A stretch of 64,000 bases of DNA from a virus (taxonomy: Duplodnaviria > Heunggongvirae > Uroviricota > Caudoviricetes), in IMG/VR virus record IMGVR_UViG_3300046003_006038, positions 64,001-128,000 of that record. One strand, given 5' to 3'. Below, one piece after another: positions 18,626 to 26,861 of the stretch. A model generated the notes under the pieces. That model was not told the origin of the DNA, made no database searches, and was given only the letters and a program-made list of their open reading frames with translations. Both the position numbers and the translations under genes were made by a program. Numbering within the stretch: position 1 is the first letter of the stretch; every line of letters starts with the position of its first letter.

Positions 18626-19001
18626 TTTCTTTTACAATTTCTATTAATTTTTTAAGACATTCAAGTTCAGCTTCAAATACTCCCATATTACAACCACCTA
18701 AAAATAAAGAATAATAATCCTCATTGTAACTAATTGTCCATTTGTTGGTAAAATGTTTATCTTTATTTGCTAATGCTAATAACCATCTAAACGCTTGTTG
18801 GTAAAGTAGTGCAGTACATAAACCTGCCTTTTTAGCCATTTGATTGTTTTTAAATCCAATCATAGACCAACCACTTTTATTATGTGAAGTTGATAAAGTT
18901 GTTTTAACTCCATCAAACACCCAGTATACAAAACAAGGTTCATCAAATCCTAATTCTTTTAAAGCAAGTGCTTGTTCGTAAGGTACAAATTCTTTATTCA
19001 T
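18606..19001 (-). CDS. Hypothetical protein, tandem paralog B1
   Basis: KEFVPYEQALALKELGFDEPCF...EAELECLKKLIEIVK. Confidence 0.7.
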   Translation of the reverse strand: MNKEFVPYEQALALKELGFDEPCFVYWVFDGVKTTLSTSHNKSGWSMIGFKNNQMAKKAGLCTALLYQQAFRWLLALANKDKHFTNKWTISYNEDYYSLFLGGCNMGVFEAELECLKKLIEIVKENVDKQR

Positions 19002-19446
19002 TGTTATTTTGTTTTACAATTTCTATTAATTTTTTAAGACATTCAAGTTCTGCTTCTTCGTAAGTTTGATATTCGGAAACTTTACCTAAACCTACACCTC
19101 TCCTTACCTTAGATACTGAATATAAACCATTCAAATTTGGATATATCCAACTATCAATTTGATATTTCTTTCTAAACCATCTAAATGCTTGTGAGAATGT
19201 TGGTATTGATGTTATTCTTGAAACAGAATCACCTAAACTTTCTAATCCTTTTTTAACTCTTTCTTCATTATTGTCAAAAATACTACCAACATCAACTTTT
19301 ATAGAATTATAATCTCTTGATTGAGTAGGATTATCAAATAAAATTTTATATTCTTGATGATGATAAAAATAAGCAAAACAAGGTTCATCAAATCCTAATT
19401 CTTTTAAAGCAAATGCTTGTTCGTATGGTATAAATTCTTTTTCCAT
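18994..19446 (-). CDS. Hypothetical protein, tandem paralog B2
   Basis: KEFIPYEQAFALKELGFDEPCF...EAELECLKKLIEIVK. Confidence 0.7.
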   Translation of the reverse strand: MEKEFIPYEQAFALKELGFDEPCFAYFYHHQEYKILFDNPTQSRDYNSIKVDVGSIFDNNEERVKKGLESLGDSVSRITSIPTFSQAFRWFRKKYQIDSWIYPNLNGLYSVSKVRRGVGLGKVSEYQTYEEAELECLKKLIEIVKQNNNE

Positions 19447-19447
19447 G

Positions 19448-20011
19448 TTAATTGAATTTACTTTTTAAATCTTGTTTTTTAATAATCTGTTTCAATCTCT
19501 GAACATATGTTTTATCCTCAGCATAATTCTGTTTCAAATATTCAAAGTACTCTCCTTCAGTTTTAATATCTGAAAGATAGGTTGAATAGTATAGAGCGTA
19601 GTCGCAGACACAATCTTGCCATGAATCATAGTAGGCATGCTCTCTATTTGTACCTTTTGCTAAATTAGCTCTTAATTTAGCTTCTCTCATGCCGAACATG
19701 TTATTGTTCTCTAAAAAGATAGTTGATTTGAAATGACCTGATTCTAATTTAGCTTGTGCTAAGATAATGTGAGGGTATCTGAAATTTAATTGATCAATTT
19801 TTTCAATTAATTTCTGTTCTGAGAATTCATTGTATTCTCTAATCACAATTAGTTTATCTTCTGTTGTTAGATTTTGGATTGGATCAATAGGTTTTGATGT
19901 GAATCCTAACATTAGAATTAATCCTATAGTAGCTCCTATTCCTACTAATGTTTTACTCGTGACATTTACTTTTTCAGGTAATAATGTTTCTTTGTTGAAT
20001 TTGTAATACAT
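19448..20011 (-). CDS. Glucosaminidase/muramidase (GH73-like) with N-terminal TM anchor
   Basis: ILAQAKLESG...NNNMFGM...YAEDKTY motifs. Confidence 0.75.
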   Translation of the reverse strand: MYYKFNKETLLPEKVNVTSKTLVGIGATIGLILMLGFTSKPIDPIQNLTTEDKLIVIREYNEFSEQKLIEKIDQLNFRYPHIILAQAKLESGHFKSTIFLENNNMFGMREAKLRANLAKGTNREHAYYDSWQDCVCDYALYYSTYLSDIKTEGEYFEYLKQNYAEDKTYVQRLKQIIKKQDLKSKFN

Positions 20012-20029
20012 AACCTTTGGTTTTAAATT

Positions 20030-20073
20030 TATACTTAAATATATGAAAAAAAGCCTGCGTAAGCAAGCTTTTT
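20030..20073 (-). promoter_or_regulatory. Composite terminator/promoter element
   Basis: AAAGCTTGC-TTAC-GCAGGCTTTTTTT-CATATATTTAAGTATA. Confidence 0.65.
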
Positions 20074-20169
20074 GTTAATTATTTTCTATTTTTCCAGTAA
20101 TCTAAAAATCTATCTTTAAAAATAATTATAAAGGCTATGACTATTGTTATTAATACTGCTATCATAATT

Positions 20170-20427
20170 TTATTTGTTTAAAAATAAATCATCACCATTT
20201 GGTATATCAACTAGTAATGGAATGTTCACTTTAACATTATTCTCCCAAAATAGTTTTTCCAATTGTTCATCGGTAAGATAAACCTTACCTTCTACTTGGT
20301 CTTCGTTAAGATGCCAAGTTACATCATTGGGTCTACCATCATTCCATTGAATTTCTGTTCTAACATATGTAGTTCCATCTACTTCACATAACCAAGGTTG
20401 TCTTGTTTCTAATTTTTTAATTTTCAT
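20170..20427 (-). CDS. Hypothetical protein
   Basis: ORF track. Confidence 0.6.
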   Translation of the reverse strand: MKIKKLETRQPWLCEVDGTTYVRTEIQWNDGRPNDVTWHLNEDQVEGKVYLTDEQLEKLFWENNVKVNIPLLVDIPNGDDLFLNK

Positions 20428-20431
20428 AATA

Positions 20432-20614
20432 CTATTTTTTTAAGAGTTTGTTTATTTTCTTTTGATAAAAATTTGATAAATCCAATAAATGTCTATCAAA
20501 AGCTGCTCTTTCAGAAAATATTAATTTTTTAAGTTTTTCTTTTTTAGTTAGTTTAGTAACCTTAGTCGTTTTCTCTAATTTAGGCCTAAAACATATTGTT
20601 GGTACATACCCCAT
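20432..20614 (-). CDS. Hypothetical basic protein
   Basis: ORF track. Confidence 0.55.
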   Translation of the reverse strand: MGYVPTICFRPKLEKTTKVTKLTKKEKLKKLIFSERAAFDRHLLDLSNFYQKKINKLLKK

Positions 20615-20618
20615 AATA

Positions 20619-20702
20619 TTATTTGTTTTTAAATTTGTTTTTCGTTAGTATAGTAATAACAACACATAGTATCAACCAAAATATTATAAACTTAATACTC
20701 AT
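20619..20702 (-). CDS. 27-aa membrane peptide
   Basis: MSIKFIIFWLILCVVITILTKNKFKNK*. Confidence 0.45.
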   Translation of the reverse strand: MSIKFIIFWLILCVVITILTKNKFKNK

Positions 20703-20705
20703 ATC

Positions 20706-20900
20706 TTATTTATTTTTAAATGTTTCGTTATAGTAATCAATACCTGAATTGCTCCAAATTTCATTGTTTGGATTAATCCTATAAGCATCTTGAATATGTT
20801 GTTTTTCCATTTCTTTGGCTTGTTCCTCATCTTGTCTTGGAACTGGACTACCATATTTTCTTAGTTCAGCTACTAACCATTCTACTGCTGTTTGTTTCAT
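20706..20900 (-). CDS. MKQTAVEWL-family protein
   Basis: Shared N-terminus and QAKEMEK module; ends FKNK. Confidence 0.7.
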   Translation of the reverse strand: MKQTAVEWLVAELRKYGSPVPRQDEEQAKEMEKQHIQDAYRINPNNEIWSNSGIDYYNETFKNK

Positions 20901-20903
20901 ATC

Positions 20904-21125
20904 TTATTTCTTTTTAAATTTTAAACTAAATTTTTTTGCATCAGGATATTTTTCCTTATACATTTTTCTTACTCTAATTTTAATGAGATTTTGTATTTGT
21001 TTATCATTCATCCATAAGTACTTCTTTTCTGTTCTTGTATCACAAATTATAATTACTTCTTCGTGTAAAAGAAATGGATGACCATTTTTCCACTCATAAA
21101 ACCATTTTTTAAATCTTTCTAACAT
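20904..21125 (-). CDS. Hypothetical protein
   Basis: ORF track; ends FKKK. Confidence 0.6.
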   Translation of the reverse strand: MLERFKKWFYEWKNGHPFLLHEEVIIICDTRTEKKYLWMNDKQIQNLIKIRVRKMYKEKYPDAKKFSLKFKKK

Positions 21126-21130
21126 AGCTT

Positions 21131-21280
21131 TTATTTGTTTTCAAATTCTTTATTCCAATCGCTCATACTCCATTTAATATATCTATCTCTTGCTTTTTCA
21201 TACTTTCTATTGCTTACTTCTAATCCTATAAAGCATAGAGCCATTATAGAGAATAATATTAAAATTAAAATTTGTTCCAT
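21131..21280 (-). CDS. 49-aa membrane peptide
   Basis: MEQILILILFSIMALCFIGLEV...EFENK*. Confidence 0.5.
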   Translation of the reverse strand: MEQILILILFSIMALCFIGLEVSNRKYEKARDRYIKWSMSDWNKEFENK

Positions 21281-21283
21281 ATC

Positions 21284-21379
21284 TTATTTGTTTTTAAAAA
21301 TATACTTAATTATTATTTCAAATATCGGTACTATAAAAAATAACATTAATAATGCTATTCCACCTGCTAAACCTTCCAT
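21284..21379 (-). CDS. 31-aa membrane peptide
   Basis: MEGLAGGIALLMLFFIVPIFEIIIKYIFKNK*. Confidence 0.5.
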   Translation of the reverse strand: MEGLAGGIALLMLFFIVPIFEIIIKYIFKNK

Positions 21380-21569
21380 ATCTTATTTGTTTTTAAATTA
21401 TAAATCAGTAAAAATCTATATTAGTATCATTACTTTTTAAAGTAATTTTACTTGTTGAGTATTTAAACTTTGTGGTAACAGTTCTTTTTGTAACTTTTAA
21501 AATTATACCTTCTCCTTTAGTTGGAGAATTTATAATCATACCTTCTTTTAAATCTATTATTTTCATAAC

Positions 21570-21848
21570 TTATTTATTTTTAAATTTTGACATAATCTCA
21601 TCAAACTTTTTACCACTTTGAGGGTTTGGATTGCCAATATTATCAATAGTCCAATTAACTATTTCGTTGGCAATCAATTCCACCTCCACGTCGCTAAATC
21701 CTTTTTGTTCCTTTTCCATTTCTTTGGCTTGTTCAATAACTTTATTAAATTCTGTTTCCAAAAATCTAATTATACCATCCATATCGGTTGATGAACTTTT
21801 GATTTGATTTAATTCATCTTGTAACCATTCTACTGCTGTTTGTTTCAT
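21570..21848 (-). CDS. MKQTAVEWL-family protein
   Basis: Shared N-terminus, QAKEMEKEQ module, FKNK end. Confidence 0.7.
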   Translation of the reverse strand: MKQTAVEWLQDELNQIKSSSTDMDGIIRFLETEFNKVIEQAKEMEKEQKGFSDVEVELIANEIVNWTIDNIGNPNPQSGKKFDEIMSKFKNK

Positions 21849-21861
21849 ATCTTATTTGTTT

Positions 21862-22131
21862 TTATAGTTTTTGAAATGTTTTACCTGACTCCATAACAAT
21901 ATAGTACTTATTACTCGTATATAATGGCTGTACTCCTTGTACATATGATATAATAAAACCGTATAATTCGTACTCATCATCTGAGTGTACGTCAATATGT
22001 TCTTCTAAATAAGAATTATACGTTAATTTAAAGTTCTCAGGACTTTTGCTTTTTAATATGACTTTGTATAAGTCCCCTAAATAATAATTCTGCTCGTCAC
22101 CACTTGGGTGCAATACTCTTAATGTGTACAT
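21862..22131 (-). CDS. Hypothetical protein
   Basis: ORF track. Confidence 0.6.
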   Translation of the reverse strand: MYTLRVLHPSGDEQNYYLGDLYKVILKSKSPENFKLTYNSYLEEHIDVHSDDEYELYGFIISYVQGVQPLYTSNKYYIVMESGKTFQKL

Positions 22132-22191
22132 ATGTGTATAAATTTATGTATATTGCCTACTCTATTCAGTTTTCAGCTTCCCTGTTTTTAA

Positions 22192-22233
22192 TAATTAAAT
22201 ATACGAAAAAAAGCCTGCGTAAGCAAGCCTTTT
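22192..22233 (-). promoter_or_regulatory. Composite terminator/promoter element
   Basis: AAAGGCTTGC-TTAC-GCAGGCTTTTTTT-CGTATATTTA. Confidence 0.65.
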
Positions 22234-22238
22234 TGTAA

Positions 22239-22916
22239 TTATTTTTCAGAATATTTCCAAATAAATCCTCCTGCGCTCTTTACCTTACCTTTACAACAAG
22301 CATTTATATTAGCTGCATCTATGTTTAATCTCCTAGAAGCTTCGGCTCCTGAGTTCCATGCTTGTAACAGTGTTCCTGCTTTACTGAATTGTGCTATCGG
22401 TTTTGTGTTCCTTTTATTCTTTTCAGATACATCTGGCCTCTTTACTCCCTTATTTCCGTTAGCAATTCCCTTATTCCAAGGTGCTTTCCCTTTAGCTGCC
22501 AGGTTAGGAACTCCTTTCAGTGGGCTTGGCCTACCTTTTAGCGGACTAGTCTTTCCTGTTAGTAGTTCTGCATTTGCTATACTTTTTTCTATTTTTAACC
22601 TCTCATATACCCTTGTGCTAACCTTATACAATCTCGACTGTGTTTTACTATGTCTAAAGACCATTTGCCAGGCAGCATGTTTTAACTTATATTCCTTAGG
22701 GTAAATTTCTACAAGAAGTAGGTGTGCTAAAAAATGCTCTCTCGCTGTTAGGAGCACTATGTTTGGATGCGTCCTCCATTGTGTTGTTTCACCTTCTCCT
22801 CCCATACATTTTGGAATGATGTGGTGTCTTTCGTAATAGGCTCCACTTTTTTCTTTTGTCCTGTTCTCTCTCTTTGCTCGATCAATTATTTGATCATAAA
22901 TTCTTTGGTAATTCAT
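22239..22916 (-). mobile_element. HNH-type homing endonuclease with NUMOD1-like C-terminus
   Basis: YYERHHIIPK...NIVLLTAREHFLAH; IAQFSKAG...INACCKGKVKSAGGFIWKY; paralog of 41471-42058. Confidence 0.8.
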
Positions 22917-23024
22917 AATAAAAAAAGCTATGGCTTTCGAGGTGGATGTCTCTACTTGCCTATAGCTTTAGTTGATATTTTCAGTATATATGTAGCATCC
23001 ACTCTACATATATAAATAGTAACT
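22917..23024 (-). ncRNA. Conserved two-hairpin kissing-loop element upstream of HNH gene (copy 1)
   Basis: Compensatory base changes versus copy at 42059-42165. Confidence 0.75.
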
Positions 23025-23046
23025 TTTTATGGAAAACACTGTTTAT

Positions 23047-23697
23047 TTACACTTCAACCTCGTGATGATCTTTAGGAAGTGAAGACTTTTTAATAGGCCT
23101 GTCTTTAAGTATTTCTACGACTTCATCCATTGATATAGGCTCTAAGCCATTTCCTTCACATCCTACATCCATTGCTCTCCCTTCCATAACTCTAAGATGA
23201 GGAGGTAAGTGTACATGCCCAAAAAGATGCATTACTTTCTGATTCATACTATCCCAGCTAATAATAGGGAAATGCATACATACAAATCTAAATTTTTCTA
23301 CTGTTGCTTTATTAGGATATCTTCTAACATCTAATTTTAGATAATGTTGAACAGATGAAAATAATCTTTGTATATTCTCCTTATTACGGGAGATGTGATC
23401 ATCGTGGTTTCCTAAAACTAAGTGAATGTTTTTACAGTTGATTTGACTTCTGAATTCTTCAATCTTGTCAAATCCTCCAAATGACCAGTCACCTAAGTGG
23501 ATTAAGATATCATCTTCACCGACCATGTTGTTAATGTTATCAACTAGTCTCTGGTTCATATCTTGCAATGAATCAAACTTACGAGCATATCCATCATTCA
23601 CTGACCAGTTTGTAGTAGCACTACAAATGTTCGAGTGTGAGTAATGTGTGTCTGATGTAAAGAACAATTGTTGTCCTTTTTCTAATACTAGTTTCAT
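23047..23697 (-). CDS. Calcineurin-like phosphoesterase
   Basis: TSDTH, HLGD, GNHD, MHFP, FGHVH motifs. Confidence 0.85.
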   Translation of the reverse strand: MKLVLEKGQQLFFTSDTHYSHSNICSATTNWSVNDGYARKFDSLQDMNQRLVDNINNMVGEDDILIHLGDWSFGGFDKIEEFRSQINCKNIHLVLGNHDDHISRNKENIQRLFSSVQHYLKLDVRRYPNKATVEKFRFVCMHFPIISWDSMNQKVMHLFGHVHLPPHLRVMEGRAMDVGCEGNGLEPISMDEVVEILKDRPIKKSSLPKDHHEVEV

Positions 23698-23698
23698 T

Positions 23699-23941
23699 TT
23701 ATTCCTCTATATTAACTGGAAATAACATATTTCCTTTTATTGATATTTTTCTACTTGCCAGGAGATCTATTTCTAGGTCTGCACTGTATAATGCTCTTTT
23801 AGTAACCTCTACATCCATTGTTACTGTCTTTTCGTTTATTTTACTTACAGTACCTATTCGTACATAAGTAAATCCATTTTCATTTCTAGAGTATCCGTAT
23901 CGCTGACCTATTTGGATCTCTATTCCTAATGCGTCTTTCAT
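23699..23941 (-). CDS. Hypothetical protein
   Basis: ORF track. Confidence 0.6.
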   Translation of the reverse strand: MKDALGIEIQIGQRYGYSRNENGFTYVRIGTVSKINEKTVTMDVEVTKRALYSADLEIDLLASRKISIKGNMLFPVNIEE

Positions 23942-23946
23942 AGCTA

Positions 23947-24393
23947 CTACCCTACTATTTCAGTTAACATTGCTGTAATTACTGAGTATTGATTCATATA
24001 CTCGTCATATTCCTCTTTAGTGATCTTAATCATTTCTCTTAAATCTTCTTTAGAGAAACTATCATGAGTAGTGTTAGGTTTAAATGTTCTGTAGAATATA
24101 TCTCTTTCTGAAAATGATAATTTACTTCCTTTGGCATAATATACTAATGACCAGTCCGTACATCTTTCAGTTCGTGTTATCTCCTTTATATGATAAACGT
24201 TTAATGTTTTACCAAACATATGTTCTTTATCAATAACTTTTAAATATGTGTCAGCAAACTCTTCCTTAATTTGATTAAAATCGTCTACTTCTTTTTGTTC
24301 AGCAATACGTCTATCATTTTCAATTGCTTCTCTTAATTGAGCAATTGTTAAATTCTGATCATATTTTGCTATAATTTCTAATATTCTACTCAT
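23947..24393 (-). CDS. Hypothetical protein
   Basis: ORF track; follows promoter 24411. Confidence 0.65.
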   Translation of the reverse strand: MSRILEIIAKYDQNLTIAQLREAIENDRRIAEQKEVDDFNQIKEEFADTYLKVIDKEHMFGKTLNVYHIKEITRTERCTDWSLVYYAKGSKLSFSERDIFYRTFKPNTTHDSFSKEDLREMIKITKEEYDEYMNQYSVITAMLTEIVG

Positions 24394-24410
24394 AACATTT
24401 ACTTATTAAC

Positions 24411-24454
24411 TATACCTAAATATACGAATAAAAGCCTGCCGAAGCAAGCTTTTT
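24411..24454 (-). promoter_or_regulatory. Composite terminator/promoter element
   Basis: AAAGCTTGC-TTCG-GCAGGCTTTT-ATTCGTATATTTAGGTATA. Confidence 0.65.
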
Positions 24455-24476
24455 GTTAATTATTTTTTAAAAAATA

Positions 24477-24780
24477 TGTTGTCGGGGAGAGAAAGTATAT
24501 AGACGATGTCAAATACTAAATCAAAATCAAAGACCTTCCTCTACCTCAAAGGCAAAGACAAAAACTAAGTCTCTTTTCGATAGCCAATTATCTGTCTAGT
24601 GGTAAAGATTTCTCTTTCTCTATGAGATTTCAGTAACTTGTCTATCTGTTGAGTTCTATCTCAGTTTTATAAAGGTTGTAGTGGAAGCGAAAGATGTAAG
24701 GCATAAAGCCATTTGTCATAGTATGATTAATTAAATCTTATCTTGCTATAATTTATAATAAATCTTCCTACTCCCGACAT
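24477..24780 (-). ncRNA. Candidate ~300-nt structured ncRNA
   Basis: ORF-free; ends pair (GTCGGGAGTAGGAAG / CTTTCTCTCCCCGAC); internal complementary tracts. Confidence 0.5.
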
Positions 24781-24826
24781 AAAACTTTGGGGTATCGGCT
24801 TGTGCTTAGTCCCTCAGTACCATATG

Positions 24827-25021
24827 TTATTTTATTACTTCTACTAAGGTAGGATTAATATACAAATGCATTAATATTCCTGCCTTTTCCGAGTCAAGTC
24901 CTATTATCCAATTCTCATCTAGATTCTTGATATCGTCTTTAGTAATTAAAAAGTCATGTATATACTCACTTTGTTTAAGTATTTCTTGCTTTAATTCTTC
25001 AGATTCAACTAATATTTTCAT
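24827..25021 (-). CDS. Hypothetical protein
   Basis: ORF track. Confidence 0.55.
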   Translation of the reverse strand: MKILVESEELKQEILKQSEYIHDFLITKDDIKNLDENWIIGLDSEKAGILMHLYINPTLVEVIK

Positions 25022-25022
25022 A

Positions 25023-25934
25023 TTATTTTAAATTTTTCAAAAACATATCAATTACAGACTGGAATCTAGCATCAACATCAATTTTCATATTAGCTGCTTC
25101 TTTGATTCTTTCTTGACGTTTTGCTTCAAACTCATTAGAAGCTTTTCTAAAATCAGCTCTCCATTTCTCTAACGCTGCATTATAGTCAGCATCTTGTTTG
25201 CCGTTTACTTCATTCAATTCAGCTTGAATCTGTGCTCTCTCATTAGCAATACGAGCATTTTCAGTTGTTACTGAGTTCTTTACTTTAGATTTAAAGTAAT
25301 TAACTTTTTGCTCATAGTTTCTATGAAGACCGGCTAACTCTTCGTGAATTGCAAGCAACTCTTCTGAGGTGTGGTGAATAGAAACTTTCATAGGAGTTTT
25401 CTTTCCTACTTCAATTTCCATAAACTCTAAAGTCTTAATGGTAGGTAATTCACTTCTTAATTTATCCAATTTACCTCCTTTGTGGATAAATTGTCCAATA
25501 TGTGAAGCGTAAGCTTCTGCTTCTAAGTATTCGTTATACTCTGCTGTAGTCAATTGAGACCATCCCCATTCCTCATCTACTGAAAAAGGTAAAACTTTAG
25601 TTACAGCTTTAGGTTTTTCTGGAGCTAGTACGGTATAGTCAAAGTCCTCAAATTGAACATCTTTGATTAAAGAATCTTTAGCTTTGATGTTCTCCATCAA
25701 GAATGCTTGAGTGGCAGATAATCTTGCTTTCTCAATTAATAATTCTACTACGTTTGCTGGAATTGGATTTCCCTGAGTCTCAGTATAAGTCTCCTCTCCT
25801 ATTTTTAATACTTTGGAAACGTTATTGATATCAGCCAATTTTGCTGTAATATCTTTTGAACGTTGATTGCACAAATTTGAGATTGATTGTGCTTGAGACA
25901 TTGATAACCCTTTTGTAGATAACGAATTTTTCAT
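25023..25934 (-). CDS. Coiled-coil-rich hypothetical protein (MKNSLSTKGLSMSQAQSISNLCNQR...)
   Basis: 303-aa ORF, helical, no recognised motif. Confidence 0.75.
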   Translation of the reverse strand: MKNSLSTKGLSMSQAQSISNLCNQRSKDITAKLADINNVSKVLKIGEETYTETQGNPIPANVVELLIEKARLSATQAFLMENIKAKDSLIKDVQFEDFDYTVLAPEKPKAVTKVLPFSVDEEWGWSQLTTAEYNEYLEAEAYASHIGQFIHKGGKLDKLRSELPTIKTLEFMEIEVGKKTPMKVSIHHTSEELLAIHEELAGLHRNYEQKVNYFKSKVKNSVTTENARIANERAQIQAELNEVNGKQDADYNAALEKWRADFRKASNEFEAKRQERIKEAANMKIDVDARFQSVIDMFLKNLK

Positions 25935-25949
25935 AACTATGATTTTTAT

Positions 25950-26165
25950 TTAATTATTTCTATATGTTTTTACTGGTTCTTTTAATGGAAATTCTGGGTT
26001 GTCAATAAAACCTAAGAATATACAATTCCTTCTTTTTCCTTTAACATCACAAAATCTCCAATCTGTTGTAAGATCTATATTAGATAGATCGCCCATAAAT
26101 AGCCTAGTATGTGTTGTCCATGCTAATTGCTCTTTTACTTCAATACTAAATACAGACCAGACCAT
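25950..26165 (-). CDS. Hypothetical protein
   Basis: ORF track. Confidence 0.5.
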   Translation of the reverse strand: MVWSVFSIEVKEQLAWTTHTRLFMGDLSNIDLTTDWRFCDVKGKRRNCIFLGFIDNPEFPLKEPVKTYRNN

Positions 26166-26232
26166 ATTACCTTTATTTTTATTTAATATAAGAAGAAAGG
26201 TTCAGGTTTCCAAACCTTTCTCCGAATATTTC

Positions 26233-26466
26233 TTATTGGTGATGCTTGATATACCTCCCATGTTTGTCTACTCTGACATTCATTCTTGTTAAATCAAAAT
26301 ACCAATTGTTAAACTTACCCAAGCTTGATTTTTGTCTTGCTTGTAGGTTTGCAGATTTTTCTGCTTCTTCTCGTCCGTTCTCTGTTGTTTCAACAAAAAA
26401 CGTGGGAGCCTGAACACCAGTCATGCTGGTTGGGACTACTCTCCAAATTCTCAATTTCTGAGTCAT
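26233..26466 (-). CDS. Hypothetical protein
   Basis: ORF track. Confidence 0.6.
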   Translation of the reverse strand: MTQKLRIWRVVPTSMTGVQAPTFFVETTENGREEAEKSANLQARQKSSLGKFNNWYFDLTRMNVRVDKHGRYIKHHQ

Positions 26467-26531
26467 AAGTTAGCTAACAGCTAACCTACATTGGAGTTGA
26501 AGGAATTGACCTCATATTGGATAAAATTTTG

Positions 26532-26605
26532 TGGTCCATGCAGGACTCGAACCTGCGACCTTCTCGTTATGAGCGAGCTGCTCTAACCGTCTGAGCTAAA
26601 AGACC
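26532..26605 (-). tRNA. tRNA(CAT), Ile2-like body
   Basis: Cloverleaf, loop CTCATAA, GGTC..TTAGCTCAG..GGTTAGAGCA pattern; Met vs Ile2 not resolvable by eye. Confidence 0.85.
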
Positions 26606-26710
26606 AAGTAAACTAAATGTGTTATAAGGCGATTGTGGTCACACTATATAAAGCAGCTTCTTCTTTGTACCCTCTGCAGTGGGTGTCTGGCACCGACATT
26701 TAGTTCTTTG

Positions 26711-26780
26711 TAGCGTAGCGTGGACTCGAACCACCCCCCAAGCTTATGAGACTTAGATGCAACCTTTACACTTTAACGCA
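26711..26780 (-). tRNA. tRNA-Met(CAT), degenerate acceptor stem
   Basis: Loop CTCATAA, TTCGAGT T-loop; 1:72 and other acceptor mismatches. Confidence 0.65.
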
Positions 26781-26789
26781 GTTTATAAG

Positions 26790-26861
26790 CGGCTCTAGAG
26801 GGAATCGAACCCTCGTCTCCTGGGCGACAACCAAGCATCCATACCACTGGACCATAGAGCC
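26790..26861 (-). tRNA. tRNA-Asp(GTC)
   Basis: Cloverleaf, loop TTGTCGC. Confidence 0.9.

Noticed and set aside
10575-21860. CRISPR or TIGR-like array from the repeated catatcttattt motif
   Set aside because: Spacing is irregular (100-2000 nt) and intervals are ORFs, not fixed-length spacers
22917-23024. Hammerhead ribozyme (GAAA after a stem)
   Set aside because: No CUGANGA core; the internal loop fits a loop-E motif better
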